A stretch of DNA of 62,962 nucleotides, counting the filler, from Craspedostauros australis (lineage: Eukaryota): the NCBI GenBank assembly GCA_030167865.1. It is 11 parts of 11 records of this genome, joined end to end, with 100 filler letters (N's around TTAATTAATTAA, not from the genome) between each part and the next. Parts side by side here need not be neighbours in the genome. Positions count along the whole stretch, not along the records: positions 1 to 27,838 come from JALAGF010002697.1; 10 more parts are not named here. The stretch is one strand, 5' to 3'. Both the position numbers and the translations under genes were made by a program. This document shows, piece by piece, positions 1 through 12,010 of the stretch; position 1 is the first letter of the stretch, and each line of letters begins with the position of its first letter. The notes under the pieces were generated by a model that did no database searches, had not been told where the DNA came from, and was given only the letters and a program-made list of their open reading frames with translations.

Positions 1-299
1 GTTCCCTTCCGACATGGTCGCGGCCACTGGCCCTGTTTGGAGAGATGCTGATGAGAACAAGCAAACGTCGTGGTCCAATGTTTGAAGAGGGTCTAATGGG
101 TACAATGGATCCTACGAGCGAGACTTTCAACATTCTGCTGCAGGGCAGTGAGACGTTGAAACAGGCGTGGGATGACAAGAGAGAGGATCGGCTCGTCCGA
201 GTTGATGATGCTTCTGCTTGCGGTGTGGAAAAGAAAGGCACATCGATGATTGATGCGATCCTGCATTGCCTTGGAGTACTCTGGTCGTCGAGTAATTAG
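1..299 (+). CDS. 3' end of a hypothetical protein (partial)
   Basis: The frame is open from the window start to TAG at 297-299 and is followed by UTR-like sequence. No recognisable motif. Confidence 0.35.
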   Translation, partial: SLPTWSRPLALFGEMLMRTSKRRGPMFEEGLMGTMDPTSETFNILLQGSETLKQAWDDKREDRLVRVDDASACGVEKKGTSMIDAILHCLGVLWSSSN

Positions 300-1357
300 A
301 ACAGCACATGAAGACAGTATTGATACTCTGGTGCATGTGAGTGTGTTGTTGTACGAGTGAGATGGAAAAGGGAGATGGTTGGTTGGTTGATTGATTGATT
401 GGGAGGTGTTCACTTGTGATTATGATAATGATTGTGATTGAGTGTTGTGGTTGGTGAGAAGTATGGAATGTCTTGAGGGACTTACATCCTCCACGGCCCG
501 CATCACTTGCGACATGACGCATACTCCGAACTTAACATCATCATACAGGCACATTGCGCATGATCCACGATCGGTAAACGAAAAGGAAAGTTGATGTTGC
601 CAAGCCTGTGGCGTGGAAAGAAGACGGAAGAGAGCCAGTACTCTGCGTCTACGAAATTGAACCCTTTCCCCTGTACGAGCGAAGTTGGTCATCGAATGAA
701 TGCAATAACTTCGGCGTCCCAATGATGCTCTCGGATGCAAAGGACACGAGACGAGCGACGGCAACTCCCCGACAATGCTTCCAACAAAGCGCTCTTCCGT
801 TTACCCAAGAGAGGAGAGAGAGAAGGACATCGTTGCCTCCGATTCCTTGGCACTTCGCGCTTTTACGAAACTCTCCATTTTGTGAGGTCCGTTTTAATCC
901 AACGAGTCAAGGATACCTTTTTCCTTTGAGCGCGATGTTGCTCGTGACGCTTGTGGCACGGTGCCATCAACGTGCGAGACAGACAAAGTCGCAACAAACT
1001 ATTCCCATCTCCAGCATCTCTGCCTGCTGCTGCTTTGCATGGACACAGTATCTCCCCTGAGATATATCAAATTTTTATGTTATGGTTAATGTTCTTGATT
1101 CAGTGTTGCTGTTTCTTTTTTCTGTTTGTGTGCTTTTGCTTCTTTGCACTATGTACTTCCGCTGAGTGCGTGTTTGAAACGAATAGCAAGGAATGCCAGG
1201 GACGGATGTCGAGCCAATAGCCGAACTTTTGTCGCTGTCTTCCCGCCTTCCTTTGTCTCAGGCACGCAGCCAATGTCTGCCGCTGGCGCACAATTGCCAA
1301 CGAGGGGTCGTGAAGCGTTGCTACTGCTGCTGCCGCTCACGATGACGCGATGTGCAT

Positions 1358-3610
1358 TTACTTCTGCAAGACAGCCTCTGGGAACTTGACTGGGTCTGGC
1401 TTTCCGATGGCGTAAACCTCGAATCCGATCTCGCGAAGTGCGGCGTGGTCCAGGATGTTGCGTCCGTCGAAGATGAATGCTGGCTTGGCCATGCTGTCGA
1501 AGATCTTCTGGTAGTCAAGGGTCTTGAACTCATCCCATTCGGTCAGCGTACACAGGGCGTGGGCACCGTCGCAGGCAGCGTAGGCATCTGGGGATGTGGT
1601 GACGGACTCGTCGAGCTTTGGGGTGTTGTCGTGGTTGACTCCGCATGTGTAGTTCATCTCGCTCCACATCTCCTCGCGGGACACCTTTGGATCGTAGATG
1701 TGGAGCTTGGCCTGCTCCTGCAGCAGGTCGCGGAGGACGAACATGCTTGGTGTTTCGCGGACATCACCGGTGTCCTTCTTGAAGGCGTATCCGAGGATGG
1801 CGATCTTCTTGCCAGTGACAGTGTTGAACATGCTGGAGACGACCTTTTCGCTGAATCGCTTCTTCTGGAAGTCGTTCATGAGGATGACCTGGTTCCAGTA
1901 GTCGGCGCATTCCTGAAGGCCGTAGGTCTCGCAGAGGTAGACCAAGTTGAGGATATCCTTCTGGAAGCACGACCCTCCGAATCCGACGCTGGATTGCAGG
2001 AAGCGCTTTCCGATACGGTCGTCCATACCGACGGCGCGGGAGATCTCGGACACATCGGCTCCGGTGGCCTCGCAGAGGGCGGAGATGGAGTTGATGGAGG
2101 AGACGCGCTGGGCGAGGAAGGCGTTGGCAACGAGCTTGGAGAGCTCGGAGGACCACAGGTTGGTGGTGAGCACCTGCTCGCGTGGCACCCAGCGGGCGTA
2201 GACATCGGAGAGGGCGGCGGCTGCCTTCAAACCGTCTGGGGTCTGCTGTCCTCCGATAAGGACGCGGTCTGGGGCGAAGAGGTCATCCATGGCGGTACCC
2301 TCAGCAAGGAATTCTGGGTTGGAGAGGACCTGGAACTTGATGCCCTTGTCGTTGCAGCGCAGGATGCGCTCGACGGCCAGTGCAGTCTTGACCGGCACGG
2401 TCGACTTTTCGACGACGATCTTGTCGGATGTGGAGACCTTGGCGATGTGACGGGCGCACAGCTCGCAGTTCTTGATGTTGGCGGCACGTCCGGCACCGAT
2501 ACCCTGGGTCTTGGTTGGGGTGTTGACGGAGATGAAGATGATGTCGGCGGCGTCGATCTCGGTGTCGAGATCAGTGGAGAAGAAGAGGTTCGTTCCGCGG
2601 CACTCCTTGACGACCTCGAGGAGACCTGGTTCGTAGATTGGGAGGTCATTGGTGTTCCATGCATCAATTTGCTTCTGGGAGATGTCGCAGACGGTCACTT
2701 TGATCTGCGAATTCGTGCGGCAAAGCGATTTGATGCAAAGTGCCAATCGGAAGATTCATGAACATGGGAATCGAGAATGGAAATGCGTCATCGTATCGGT
2801 CATTTGCAGTTGTTGTCGATGGCGTGTTGTAATTGTGTCGTGGTTGCGGCCGGTCATTCGATTATATGTTGAATTTCCACGTGAGACCAATGTGCCGATG
2901 AGGATAACGAAGATGGGTTGTTGTTTCAGTTCGAGCAGCGCATCATCGCCGTTGTCATCATTCGTGGTGTGGAGTGTAATGTGCCATCGTTGAAGCGTCG
3001 TCATTGTTGGAGTCATTGTCGGTCCAGTGTATTAGTATGGTGGAGGATTGAATGACAGAATGTCGTGCATCAAGTTGCCCGATGATGCAGAACGAACGAA
3101 TCCGGCAACGGCATTGAGATAGGATGGCATTTGGAGCATGGGTGGTCATGGAAGGAATGTTGTGTGAGAGTTTGCTTCATGAATTGGATGAATGAATGTG
3201 GCTGGTTGCTGGGAGGACAGTGCGCAATTGAGAAGACCCGAGACAGAGTGACCGAAAAGATTTTCTTGAAACAGCCAACCGCCACCATGCGCTGCCAAAC
3301 GTGCGGCGCAGAGGGGATCGCAGAGCAAAGAACTTGGCCGTCGCTGAATGATCCGATCTCCATGGTCGGGTCCATCCTCGCACACTTGTTTGCCCGCCTC
3401 CGTGTTTGTGTACATGTATGCATCCGTGTGCGTGTGACCAGAGGGAACGATACGAGCACAAATGACCCTGAAGGAAGATGGATGGAAACGGAGGAAACCG
3501 AAAGGCGATACTCTACTCACATCTGGGCACTTCTTGGCAATGACGGCCATGGTTGGTCCACCGACGTATCCGGCACCCATGCAGCAGATCTTGAGCTTGA
3601 AATCAGTCAT
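1358..3610 (-). CDS. UGDH: UDP-glucose 6-dehydrogenase (2 exons: 3610-3521, 2704-1358)
   Basis: Exon 1 encodes [30 protein letters not shown] (NAD-binding). The GTGAGT...TCGCAG intron is 3520-2705. Exon 2 has the [42 protein letters not shown] (catalytic Cys) and [11 protein letters not shown] motifs. Confidence 0.97.
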
Positions 3611-4660
3611 CTTGGTTTTCGTGTTGCTGTTGTTGTCGTTGGTATGTGTTGCGGATGTGGAGACGAGGTATGTATCGGTCTTTGGCTTTTGTTGTGTTGT
3701 GAGAACGAGTGGGCGGCAGCGGATCTCGGAATGCAAAGGCAGAAGCTGCGCGTGTTTTGCGATCCGTTGGACGCTTGCCTTTGCCCCAGTGTCTCTCCCC
3801 CACTTTGGCTTTGCTTTGCTTCTGTCTCGGTGCTGGTGGGCGACGTGAGATGCCTCGCATGTGGCGGTTATCGTCGATCGGTTGTGCGTGTGTGGTGTGT
3901 GGGAGTTGTTTGTGTCTTGTGGATGATGTGTGGGTTGTGACCCTTTTTGGCCAAAACAATGACCGAGCGATTTTGTCATTGTTTGTTGGTGTGACGTAGA
4001 TCAGTTCACGATTACGGCCATGTATTATTGGCCAACATTAGTCATGTGTGACGTCCGCCAACAGAATGAGAACCTTGAGAGCTCCAATGCGAGGTCTCTG
4101 GCCAGACAATTCAGATTCTCATGCGGTTGAGTTGGTGCGCATTGGTGCATTCGGGTTCGAGTGACGGTAAAACCGGATTCGATGACGGAGTTGGGAGATG
4201 TGGCGGGATTGGCGAATCGTGGTGGGTGATGTGTCGTTCCCATTTGCAGGGGTCGTTGTGGTCATGTTGCGATGATGTGTTGGGATGGGAATGATTCGTC
4301 GCATCATGAGCGTCACATCACACATGTGTTGAATCACATCGCATCACACCACATCACCACCAACCAATCCACCGTTTCATCCAACGACTCCGCGAAGGCG
4401 TCAGCGACGGACGAGATCTTTCCCTTCCTCTTTCACAGAACAGATCCGGAGAGAGGCACCACGCACATCAAAAGAGACGACAGAAGACTCCAAGAGGAGA
4501 TCGATTCCCATTCGAAGGGCCGACAGGAACGACAACGCGTCAATCCACAGATACTAGCTTCTCTACACTCTTGCGGAGCCAGAGAGCATAGCGCACCTAA
4601 TAGTTGTACAACAAGCGACGGAACAACGAGTAGCTAAGATCATACTGCGAAGCAATAACC

Positions 4661-6453
4661 ATGAAGAAGGTGAACGTATTGATGATGGGAACGGGGGAGT
4701 ACACCACCGGATACGTCGGTGGCACGGCTTCCGATTCGGACAAGGGTGCCGGTGTGGTGGCGTTGACCATGTTCGATCTGCGGCGACGAGACAAGGTCGA
4801 TCGTCTCGGAATGTGCGGTGTCAACGTAAGTACGAGAGAGAGAGAGCAGAGTAGAGCAACGTCGTGCAGAGCATTGAAGTGCGTAGTGCTATGGGCATCA
4901 TCTGTGCTTACAGTGATAGATGCAGGTTGCGTTGCATCGCATTGCGTCGGGTGGGTGGGTGGGTTGGCGGGCAGTAGTCGTGGAGAGACCCGCCACTTTC
5001 ATTTTCCGCTTGGCAGAGAAGTGTCGATGTGCTTCAAGGCTTCATGCCAGTTTGATTCTTTCATCTTGACTTCATTCCGACTCAACTTCATTCCATTCCA
5101 TTCATCCCAACTTCGCTTACGCACATCCAAATGCAACTCCATGGCACTGCCCACTCGCACGCCCGCTTCTTTCCATCTCTGGTGACTCTGGACATGATCA
5201 ACTTGTTGCTTGCACAACGTCGCCGCCCCAAAAACACCAAAACCAACCTCGCTTCTGCCGTCATCACCGTCATCATCACCACCATAAAATCGACGAAAAC
5301 GACAACGACGACACTGCGATATCCAAACTATGCCAAAACAATCCTATTGCAACAGGGCAAGAAATTCCCAGGCATCCGCACCCACATGCAAAAGTGCATC
5401 GGCGATGTGTACAAGGACATGGACCTGACGTGCGAGACGTTCCCCGGCGATGATCAGGTCGATCCCAAGGCCTACGTCGCGGCCAGCTCCGCCTTCACCG
5501 CTGGTGATGTCGCCGTCATTTTCACCCCGGATGACACCCATTTCGACATCGCGTTGGAATGCATCAACAAGGGCATGCACGTCATGGTCACAAAGCCGAT
5601 CGTCCAGACTCTGGAACATCACCAAAAATTGGCGACAGCTGCTAAGGAGAAGAACGTCCTCGTCGCCGTGGAGGTTCACAAACGCTTGGATCCATTCTAC
5701 GCCGACGCGCGCGACCGCGCACGCAGCGATCATCTCGGTAATTTTCAGTACATGTACGCCTACATGTCCCAGCCCAAGCACCAGCTGGAGACCTTCAAGG
5801 CGTGGGCCGGCAAATCGTCGGACATTTCGTACTACCTGAACAGCCACCACATCGATTGGAGCGAATGGACGCTGGCCGGCATCGCGCGGCCCATCCGCGT
5901 CACGGCGACGGGATCCACGGGCGTGGCGCACGCCAAGGGCATGCCGACGGAGGACTCCATCACCCTGACCGTGCAATGGGAGAATCTGAACGACAAGACG
6001 CTGGGCTGCGCCGTCTACACGTCGTCGTGGGTGGCACCCAAGAGCGACGTGCATTCCCAGCAGCGATTCTTCTACATGGGCACGGGCGGCGAGATCAACG
6101 TGGACCAGGCCCATCGCGGTTGCACGGTGGCCACGGACGCCACCGGATTCGGATCGGTGAATCCCCTGTTCATGAAGTACACGCCCACGAACGGCATGTT
6201 CTCGGGGCAAGGCAGCTACGGCGTGAAGTCGTTCGAGAAGTTCATCGATGCGTGCCGAGCTGTGAACGATGGCAAGAGCGCGCCGTCGGACTTTGATGAC
6301 GGATCGTTGGCGACCGTGCACACCACCCTGCAGGGCACCGCGATTCTGCAGGCGGGTCGCCAGAGTCTTGACGGTGATGGCATTCCCGTCGATATCCTGT
6401 ACGATGGTGATGGGCACGAACCGATCGGCATGGAAGCTCACAAGTTTGCGTGA
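4661..6453 (+). CDS. gaaA: Gfo/Idh/MocA-family oxidoreductase, GaaA-type D-galacturonate reductase-like (exons 4661-4825, 5356-6453)
   Basis: [58 protein letters not shown] and YTSSWVAP match fungal GaaA as I recall it. An in-frame GTAAGT...AACAG intron lies at 4826-5355. Confidence 0.85.
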
Positions 6454-7379
6454 GTGTCGCGGCATGCAAATTGCAGGCGTTGTGTTTTGACATGCGGCTG
6501 GGTGGTATTGAGTAATGAGATAAATGAGAGGAGAGAGATTGAACACGACCATTGCAACCCACGGTTGCAGAAGTATATTCGCAAGAGAACGAGAGCCTGC
6601 CCTCAGTGCATCGGGCAGAGTAAATCTATTCACGTTGGTATGATGGGTTGACTCAATGGCCCAGATTGAAATGAATGCAAGCAATCTGGAGGCATCAAAA
6701 TGAAGTTGGATTTGAATCATGGGATACCCGGTGAAATGCTTTTGGCGTGGACAATATCCGATTAATTGTTGAAGTTAGTCTGGCGAATCGATTTCCATGC
6801 AGTCCTCCTAATCACAATGTGTATTCAAACGAATCAAAGAGTGTGAGAAACACCCAACCGGATACCTCGGTCTCACTGGGTGGAAGTTAACGCTGTTGGT
6901 CATCGACCAATTTATCCCAAGGTGCGCGCCAGCGGAAAGATACGCGGTGGCCAAAAACCCAAAAGGGTTTCTTTTGTGCCAAGGAATCGAAACGGATGCA
7001 CGTTGCGCAACAGTCGAAAGCGAAGCTCTTCTTGCAACCTCTGGCAGCAGCAACAACACAAATCTGTACTCAACGAGCATCGCCACCCAATCTCATCCAA
7101 GTGAGAGAGGAAGAGTGAAGTGGAACGAGGTGAAGACTGCGTTTGCACAATCATCGACAACCAAGAGAGAGAGAGCATCGCCAAGAACGAACATCAGCAA
7201 CGCCATCAACGAGAACCCGTTCGTTCGTTCGTTCGTTTTGCGGAGTCATTTCTCATCGCATCTGTCATCAATCGTGAGACTTTGGCGCGCAAGAGACCAC
7301 AGCGACAGCACCACCAGGACAGAAAGGACCCTGTTGCTACCAACACTGCCACAACCACAAATAAACGCAGAATCAGAAG

Positions 7380-10300
7380 ATGCCGCGATCCAGCAGCCGC
7401 AGCAGCCGAGGACGGCGCACGTTGGGACATGGCGATGGCGTGATTCGATCGGGAAGCCGCGGAAGGCGCAAGGGACGCCGCTCGACCACGAACCTGAGCA
7501 GGGGCGCCCACACGGCCAACGCGGACTACTACGAGGCGGCGGCCGGCATCTCGCTGTCCAAGGGCACGGGCCTCAACGGGCCCAAGCTGCGTCGCGTGCT
7601 CATCCTCGCTGTGCTGTGCGCCGTCGTGCTGGGCCTCATCGTGCACCATGCCAAGAACAGCGACGGCAGCAGCAGCAGCCGCCATCGCCACTCCGGTGAC
7701 CCCTTCCGCGCCTTCGAGAGGGTCAAGCAGGCCTCGCTGGACCACTTCCACGCCGAGGCCAAGGTCTACAAGCACAAGAACACCGGCCTGCAGCTCGTCA
7801 CGCTGGAGCAGCCCAAGGACGGCGCATCGCAGGATGGCGTCTTCGGCATGTCCTTCCGCACGCTGCCCACCAACTCCCACGGAACGGCGCACGTCGTCTC
7901 GGAGGCCATCCAGCTGGGATCCACCAAGTTCCCCGTCAAGGACGCGTGGAATCAGATCCGCCAGGGATCGCTGCAGACCCACCTCGAGGCCAACACCATG
8001 AGGGACCGCACGGAGTACCTGCTGGCCACGCCGTCCGCCAAGGATCTCACCAACTCCATGCAGGTCATGCTCGACTCATTCTTCCAGCCAAACATGATCC
8101 TTCCATCGCATACCTGGGCCTTCAGGCAGGAGGCCTGGCGGTTGGAGCAGTCCGACGATGCTAAAACCATCTTTCTGCACGGGTGAGTCATGGTTGCACG
8201 CGTTCTTACTCGCATTTCTTGTACGATCTATGTTGTCAATTGCACACCGCCGTCTGCGTCTCCTTCTCATCACTCTCACACATCAACACATGAACAATCA
8301 ACACATGAACAATCAACACATGAACAATCAACACATGAACAATCAACACATGAACAATCAACACATGAACAATCAACACATGAACAATCAACACATCAAC
8401 AACCATTCTCACGACGACGACATTCCAAAACTCACACAACCCCACGCACACCCATACCCACACCATGCTGCACAAATTCACACGACAGAAATGCATACGA
8501 TCACGCCAAGATCGATCAGATGCACCCCAACAAGTACATGAACAACTTCCTCTTCAAGAAGCTCTTCCCAGAGTCTCCCACGCACTACAACGAGCGCGGC
8601 GAACAGAGCGAAATCCTCAAGATGACGCACGACGAGGTCATCGATTTCTGGAGGAAGTACTACCACCCCAACAACGCGCAGGCCATGTGCTACGGATCCG
8701 CCGCCATGGTGCACGCCTGCGTCTCCGAGATACACCTCGTTCTCGATGAGCTCTTCCCTGAACCCGAGAACAGCGTCATCCGCGACAACACCGTGCCACC
8801 CTTCCAGACCCTCGATACCAACTTCGCCAGCCGCGATCGCATGCCCTACGCATCGTACCGCGACGACGTCGATTTCCGCGTCGTCTTGGCATGGGCCATC
8901 AACGGGCGTGAGCTGGACCACGTCACGCAAATCGCATGGATGGTCATTGAGGACATGCTCATGGGCAACACCGCGGCGGCGCTGGGTCCCGTCGTCTCGG
9001 AGCAGGAGTGGGGTGACGACGTCATCGGAAAGCTCGAGCGCGATTATCAGCAGTGGATCCTGGCCATCGGTGCCAGCGGCATCCAAAGCGAGGATGATGT
9101 CGACCGCGTCGTCGATGAAATGAATCAGCTCCTCCTCAATGTCGTCACAAACGGTTTCGATGACACCGCCATGGTGGCATCCATGAACAAGATCGAATAT
9201 CAGGTGCGTGTTCTGTTGAAGCCTGTTGCAGTTAGTTGCAGTTGCAACTGCAATACAGTAGTGTATGCGTGAGAAGCAAAGCCGGTGGCAGCAGCAACAA
9301 AAGCAATGGCAATGGCGCAGGCTGGATGTTTTCAATGTTCCAATGGTATCATACCTTACGCAACGCTTACGGAACCTCACCTCGTCTCATCCTCGTCTTT
9401 ACTGTCGTCATTCTCCTCCCTTGTGAACGCGCGCACACAAACACACGCACACACACATTCATTCATTACCATGCTCGACTATATTCTGCTACGTTCGCTT
9501 TGCCACACCACAGCTGTTGCACAAGCACGCACCAGGCTTGCCACGCGGTGTCGATATCTTCAAACGCCTCATGACCGACTGGAACTACGATCGTGAACCA
9601 ATCGCCGCGTTGGACGTCACCAATCACATGAAGCTCCTTCGCGACGAAGTCCATCGCAACGGTCAGCAGTACTTCCTGGACCTCATGACGCTGCACATGA
9701 TGGACAACGGCCACAAACTCACGCTCGAGCTCTACCCAAGCCTCAAGGTCGCCTCCATCCACAGAGAGCAGGAGGCCAAGTTCCTCGCCGATCTCACCAA
9801 GAACCTGAAGAAGTCGGAAGGCGCCGCATTGCTTGCCGAGTCAGCAGCCATGAAGGCCGTCCATGGCACCGATGATGATCCGGAGGATCTTGCCAAGATC
9901 CCACGCCTCACGCCCAAGGATATCCCGCTCGACGGCAACGTCATCCCATTGAAGGTCGACAAGGACGTCGTGGAATCAGGCGTCGACGTTCTGGAGCACA
10001 GGCTGGACCATACCAACGGAATCGCGCATATCAATTTCGCCATCGATACGTCCGGGCTGGACTTCGATGATGTCATCCTCCTCCCATTCTACTGCTACAT
10101 GAGCACAAGGACGGGCAACAACGACCGCTCCGCAGCAGAATTCATCCGTCACATCGAAGCGAACACGGGCGGCTTGGAGATCGAGCCACTGATCGAGGAT
10201 ATTCTCCCGCTCTCGTCTGACAACGGGTACTACATCCCATCCGGAAAGCACCTGATCACCAAGATCGTTGCGCGCGGAAACGCTGCTGTGTCCAACAGTC

Positions 10301-11406
10301 ACTCGGCGTTCCTCATGATCACCGACTCGATCAACTTCGCGGATTTCTCCGATGCCAAGGTCGCCAAACAGCTGCTGAGGAAGCTCATTGATGACATGGA
10401 GGATGATATCCAGGTGAACGGCCACAAGTACACCACGCTTCGATTGGAATCCTTGAACAGCCTGCCGGGATTCGTCCGCGAGAAGTGGTACGGAATCAAC
10501 CAGCTCTACCAGCTGCGACAGATGCTGCAAGATTTAGAGGATGGAAACTGGTCGACCTACACTGCCCGTTTCAACACCATGCGCAAGATCATTCTGGGCG
10601 GAAGCCGTAATGGCCAGACTCTCAGCATCGCGGCGGACTACGACACCATCGTGAAGTTCAGCCCGAGCATCCGCAAGTTCCTGACGGAAGGCCTTCCGGC
10701 AATCACGACTGGAACTCCACGTTTCCCCGATTTCAGCCAGTTCGATCATCCATGGTACACGAAGGGCTACAAGAGCTTGGAAAATGCCCGCACCGCCAGC
10801 CACACAAACGAAGCGTTCGTTGTTCCCACGCGTCTCAGCCATGTGGGAGAAGGAGGTCGCGTCTTCGAGGAAGGCGCGAAGATCACCGGCAGCGACCTGA
10901 CGGTCGCGCAGTACATCGAAGGATTCTACCTGTGGAACAAGCTCGCCGTCTTGGGCGCGCATGACGCCACGGCCATCATCGATATGGACTCCGGCTGGTT
11001 CGTGTACCAGAGCGACGAAGATCCATCGCCCGGCGCGACCATCAAGATTTACGACGCGGGCGCCGCCTTCGTTTACAACAACATGGGCACCAGCGGTGAC
11101 TTCCCCATCGAGCTGCAAGCCGCCATGATCGGTGCCGTTGCCAAGCTCGATGGACCGACACCACAGGCGGATCGTGCAGGCCATATCTCCATGCGCCGTT
11201 ACTTCCGAAAGGAAACCGATGAGCAGCGACGAAAGATCCGCGAAGACATCATGGCCACCACGCGTGCGGAGATGAGCGACATGCTGTCACGGCTGAGTGC
11301 CTGGACTTCGAGCAGGCGCATCGTGATCACCAACAGCTACTTCTATTCGCAACAGGGCACCGCTCTGGAGCTGCAGAAGTGCAGTCTGAAGGAATTCAGC
11401 TGTTAA
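7380..11406 (+). CDS. Peptidase M16C (presequence protease-like) protein with N-terminal TM anchor, probably catalytically inactive (exons 7380-8182, 8489-9203, 9514-11406)
   Basis: PreP-like motifs VFGMSFRTLP, GSTKFPVKD, RQEAWRLE, FWRKYYHPNNA, PRGVDIF..WNYD and TNGIAHINF are present. Two frame-consistent GT-AG introns. Hydrophobic stretch VLILAVLCAVVLGLIV. Confidence 0.85.
8282..8401. repeat. 15-bp minisatellite (ATCAACACATGAACA), 7 perfect copies plus 1 variant, in intron 1 of the M16 gene
   Basis: Read directly from the sequence. Confidence 0.95.
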
Positions 11407-12010
11407 AGAGGCAGTGGTAACAACCACACGACAATGACCATGGATTTCATGACGACGAACCGCAACCAATGAAAACCATGGCACTCACACGTCGAACAGC
11501 AACAGAATGCCACACAAGTAAGATAGCAGATACATATTTTTATTGAATTCCGCACGTTCGGTACAAGCATGGCAATGAGGCTCTCTCTCTGTCTCCAGAA
11601 AGTAATCGTAGGGAGATGGAGACAAGAGAGAAGTGCATGGTGCGGGCGAAGGCGGTCCTCCGTTGACCGGAAAACGAGCGTATCGCCAACCCACGGATTT
11701 GCCACATCACTTTCGTGAACCGTCATCTCGTTTTGCAATCTACCGAGGATGCTGCGAACCGAGCAAAGAACTACGGAAACGTGGATCGCGTTCTCTTGTG
11801 CGTTCCCACGACGGCAATCTGTTGCTGGTGTTGCTATTTCTAATTGTCTTGTATTAATGCATCAGTACGAGTACGAGTGCGAGTACGATGGCGTCCACTG
11901 CGATTGGCGTGACAAGGTGTCGTCAACATCAAACGGTCGATACAGCCATCGCTCCACTTTCAACCTTGTGCTCTGTTCCACCCGACTTCCCCTCCGATCT
12001 ATGATGCGGT

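Noticed and set aside
1352..2761. 469-aa plus-strand ORF (also 5344-6720, 14273-16093, 18720-19610)
   Set aside because: These are antisense shadows of codon-biased real genes.
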